Assembly (NCBI GenBank): GCA_002633005.1
Contig: NMRA01000063.1
Coordinates: 248,001 to 312,000 of the forward strand
Reading direction: 5' to 3'
Origin: Phoronis australis
Lineage: Eukaryota; Animalia; Phoronida
Length of the DNA stretch: 64,000 nucleotides
Under the pieces are notes generated by a model that did no database searches, was not told where the DNA came from, and saw nothing but the letters and a program-made list of their open reading frames with translations. The position numbers were made by a program, and so were the translations under genes. Positions 61,591 through 64,000 of this stretch are shown here, piece by piece (position 1 is the stretch's first letter; the number at the start of each line of letters is the position of its first letter).

Positions 61591-62011
61591 AGGCACACAG
61601 TGCCTGGGGGTACAGATGGAACATTAGGGGCACACAGTGCCAAAGAGGTGACACAGTCACACATAAATGAGGCACACAGTGCTAGACGTCACAGACGCAA
61701 CACTAGTGGCACACAGTGCCAAAGAGGTGACACGGTCACCCAAGGGTGAGGCACACAGTGCCAGGCGTCACGGACGCAACACTAGGGGCACACAGTGCCG
61801 ATGAGGTGACACAGTCACACATAAATGAGGCACTCAGTGCCAGGCGTCACAGACGCAACACTAGTGGCACACAGTGCAGAAGAGGTGACACAGTCACGAT
61901 AAATGAGGCACACGGTGCCAGGTGTCACAGACGCAACACTAGGGGCACACAGTGCCAGAGGTGACACGGTCACCAAAGGTGAGGAATACAGTGACGGGCA
62001 TCACAGACGCA
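61591..62011. repeat. ~79-bp composite tandem repeat (about 5 units) inside the YR-type element
   Basis: GAGGCACACAGTGCCAGGCGTCACAGACGCAACACTAGGGGCACACAGTGCC..GAGGTGACACAGTCAC.. starting near 61669, 61748, 61827, 61905 and 61981. Confidence 0.85.
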
Positions 62012-64000
62012 AAAATATGACTGACGGGAGAAAAGGGGAGGGGGGGGNGAAACGGAAGGGGAAACGAACGCTGAGAGGGTGATTGAGGAACCCACGGGCA
62101 TTGAAGTGGACAGGAGAGATGGGTGGGTAGTACCGCCCACTGAAGGTTAATACTTCATAACAAAGGAGGTAAAATAAAATGAAACATAATTATAGGGACA
62201 TGGGGATATAAACGATTATAGGAGAAGTATGGAGACGATTGAGTCGAGATAAGGGGAACAAGATAAAAATGTGTGGGGTGAGATCGAGTTACACGTACCG
62301 GGAGCCATTTTGAGGAAGTGACATGAAAGCGGCAGGAGGACGAATAAAAAGTCCAAAGGACACCAATTTGTCAAAAGTCACACGAATAGACACGGGTGAG
62401 GAGACAGAGATTGGATCGGGTCCCGGGGGCTAGGGTGGTACTCGAGAGGCCCAAGAATTGGCTTGACAAGACGGGGATCGAACCCGAGGCTAAATAGGTC
62501 AAGAGACCGAGCATGGCTGAGGGCAAGATGGCCCAGCCAGCGGACGTAGGGTGATCCCAGAGAAAGGCCATGAACTGGCATGACAGAGCGGAGGGAGGAC
62601 TAAAAACATGCTTACCGGGAACGTAGGAACTGGGATCGGAGAATGCAAAAAAATGAAGAGAGATTAGCTCGAACCTAAGTGCTGCAAAGCGAAGTACAGA
62701 TGGCAGGAAATATAACTTTCTTGAGAACAAATAAAGGAGCCCTATGACACGTGACAATCATCAGCCTATGGGAGCCAGGAGCTGACCAAACTCGTGGCAG
62801 TAATACAAACGAACCAATAGTGAGGCTGGAAATGGAATGTCCTAGTGCCTTGAGTGCAGGAGGACCGCATGCGAATCTACACAAGGGGTTATTGGACCAG
62901 TCCGAAAGATGGGGGTATAAGAGGGACGAGTCCATATTCTCGCATAAATATATTTAACGAGTGAAATGTCATTTCTTAGAAGATTAGCTTCTAATTGTGA
63001 AAAATCATCTATGAATCTATCGATTTTTGTAGATACATAAACAAGTAAAATAGAAACCAACGAATTTGTTTATCAAAACGAAATGTTATAAGCAATTTCC
63101 GCAGGCGTGCTCGCTGAGTTTTGGCGAGTAACCGGCCGGGGAACATGGGAGATGGGGCATTTGTATTAAAGTGTATTTTTACTCATTTCAGAGGTACATG
63201 TACCTATAACGGTTCACGAGGTAAATTTGAACTTCACTGACAAAAAACGCTGATATCATGGTTTATGATTGCGAGAGTTCTTTGAGTACCCCCTTTCATG
63301 TACGTGGTCATCAGAAATAGTAGCATAGACAGCAGTGTTTTTCCACACGTGGAAATTCCTTACAAAAAAATCATAGTAAGCATGCACGCACCCATGGGGG
63401 GACTCGGGGGTCTCGGATGAGCCCCTCCCCCCATTTGGTGAAGTGGGCAAAAACTCCGCCTCGGAGAAACAAAAAGTCTGAGAAAAACGAGACAAAGTCC
63501 ACTAAAAAGGCAAAAAAAAGCAGGAATTCGGCGGAAATGCTCAAGTCATAGCTCTGATCGTAGTACCCCATTTTTCTTCTTAGTCCTCGGTTTTTAGTAA
63601 AAGGTCCACATTCTCAAAAATTTGAGCCCCTATATTTTAAGCTGAGTGTGCGCATGGTAACCATCTTCAAAATGGATACTATTCGTGTGATACTATGGGA
63701 AACAGTAACATTATTTTATAACTAACCATCGAAAATAGTCCTTTTGTGTAATTCACAAGTAGTGGTCTTCACGTTCTTCAAAATTCCACCCTTTCGATGG
63801 CGGTCAATCCTTTTGTGTTTTGTTCACACTTTTTGGTTGTTTGGGTCAAATGTCTTGATACTGCTGTGCTGGGCACGAATGTTTTGTATTTTTTGATGAA
63901 TTTGGAATCTCAAATACCCTGATGAATACTTGGCAGTGCCAGACTTACATGTGTAGAAGGACAAAGGGACATTTCCCCTGAATTGCTGTACCGAGAGAGG

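Larger units (their letters stand above)
59062..62952 (-). mobile_element. Gag-only, non-autonomous tyrosine-recombinase (DIRS/Ngaro-like) retroelement derivative
   Basis: GC-rich island with a YR-retrotransposon gag ORF; inverted end arms TTTATGCTCGGAATATG (59073-59089) / CATATTCTCGCATAAA (62933-62948); AAATATA on both flanks. Confidence 0.6.

Overview
Eukaryotic (non-vertebrate metazoan-type) genomic DNA, not prokaryotic. The window lies inside one large plus-strand gene that resembles microsomal triglyceride transfer protein large subunit (MTTP/MTP). I traced 11 consecutive GT-AG coding exons with consistent phases from 1 to 54940; the gene continues past both window edges. Its introns are filled with often nested mobile elements. 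Retroelements: two LINEs, an intact Penelope-like element with minimal hammerhead ribozyme motifs, a tiny palindromic Penelope-type insertion, a Troyka-like LTR element (CG..CG termini, 3-bp TSD, identical LTRs), a solo LTR, and a gag-only DIRS/Ngaro-like element bounded by lox-like half sites. DNA transposons: three Kolobok derivatives with KolX/THAP remnants, a decayed piggyBac transposase behind a splice acceptor, hAT-like elements with 5-bp TSDs, Tc1/mariner-type MITEs, and Helentron-like and Crypton-like non-autonomous elements. Several minisatellites are also present. Assembly gaps (n at 5058; N run 19972-20516) hide two RT regions. All family assignments come from recognising motifs by eye; no database searches were run.
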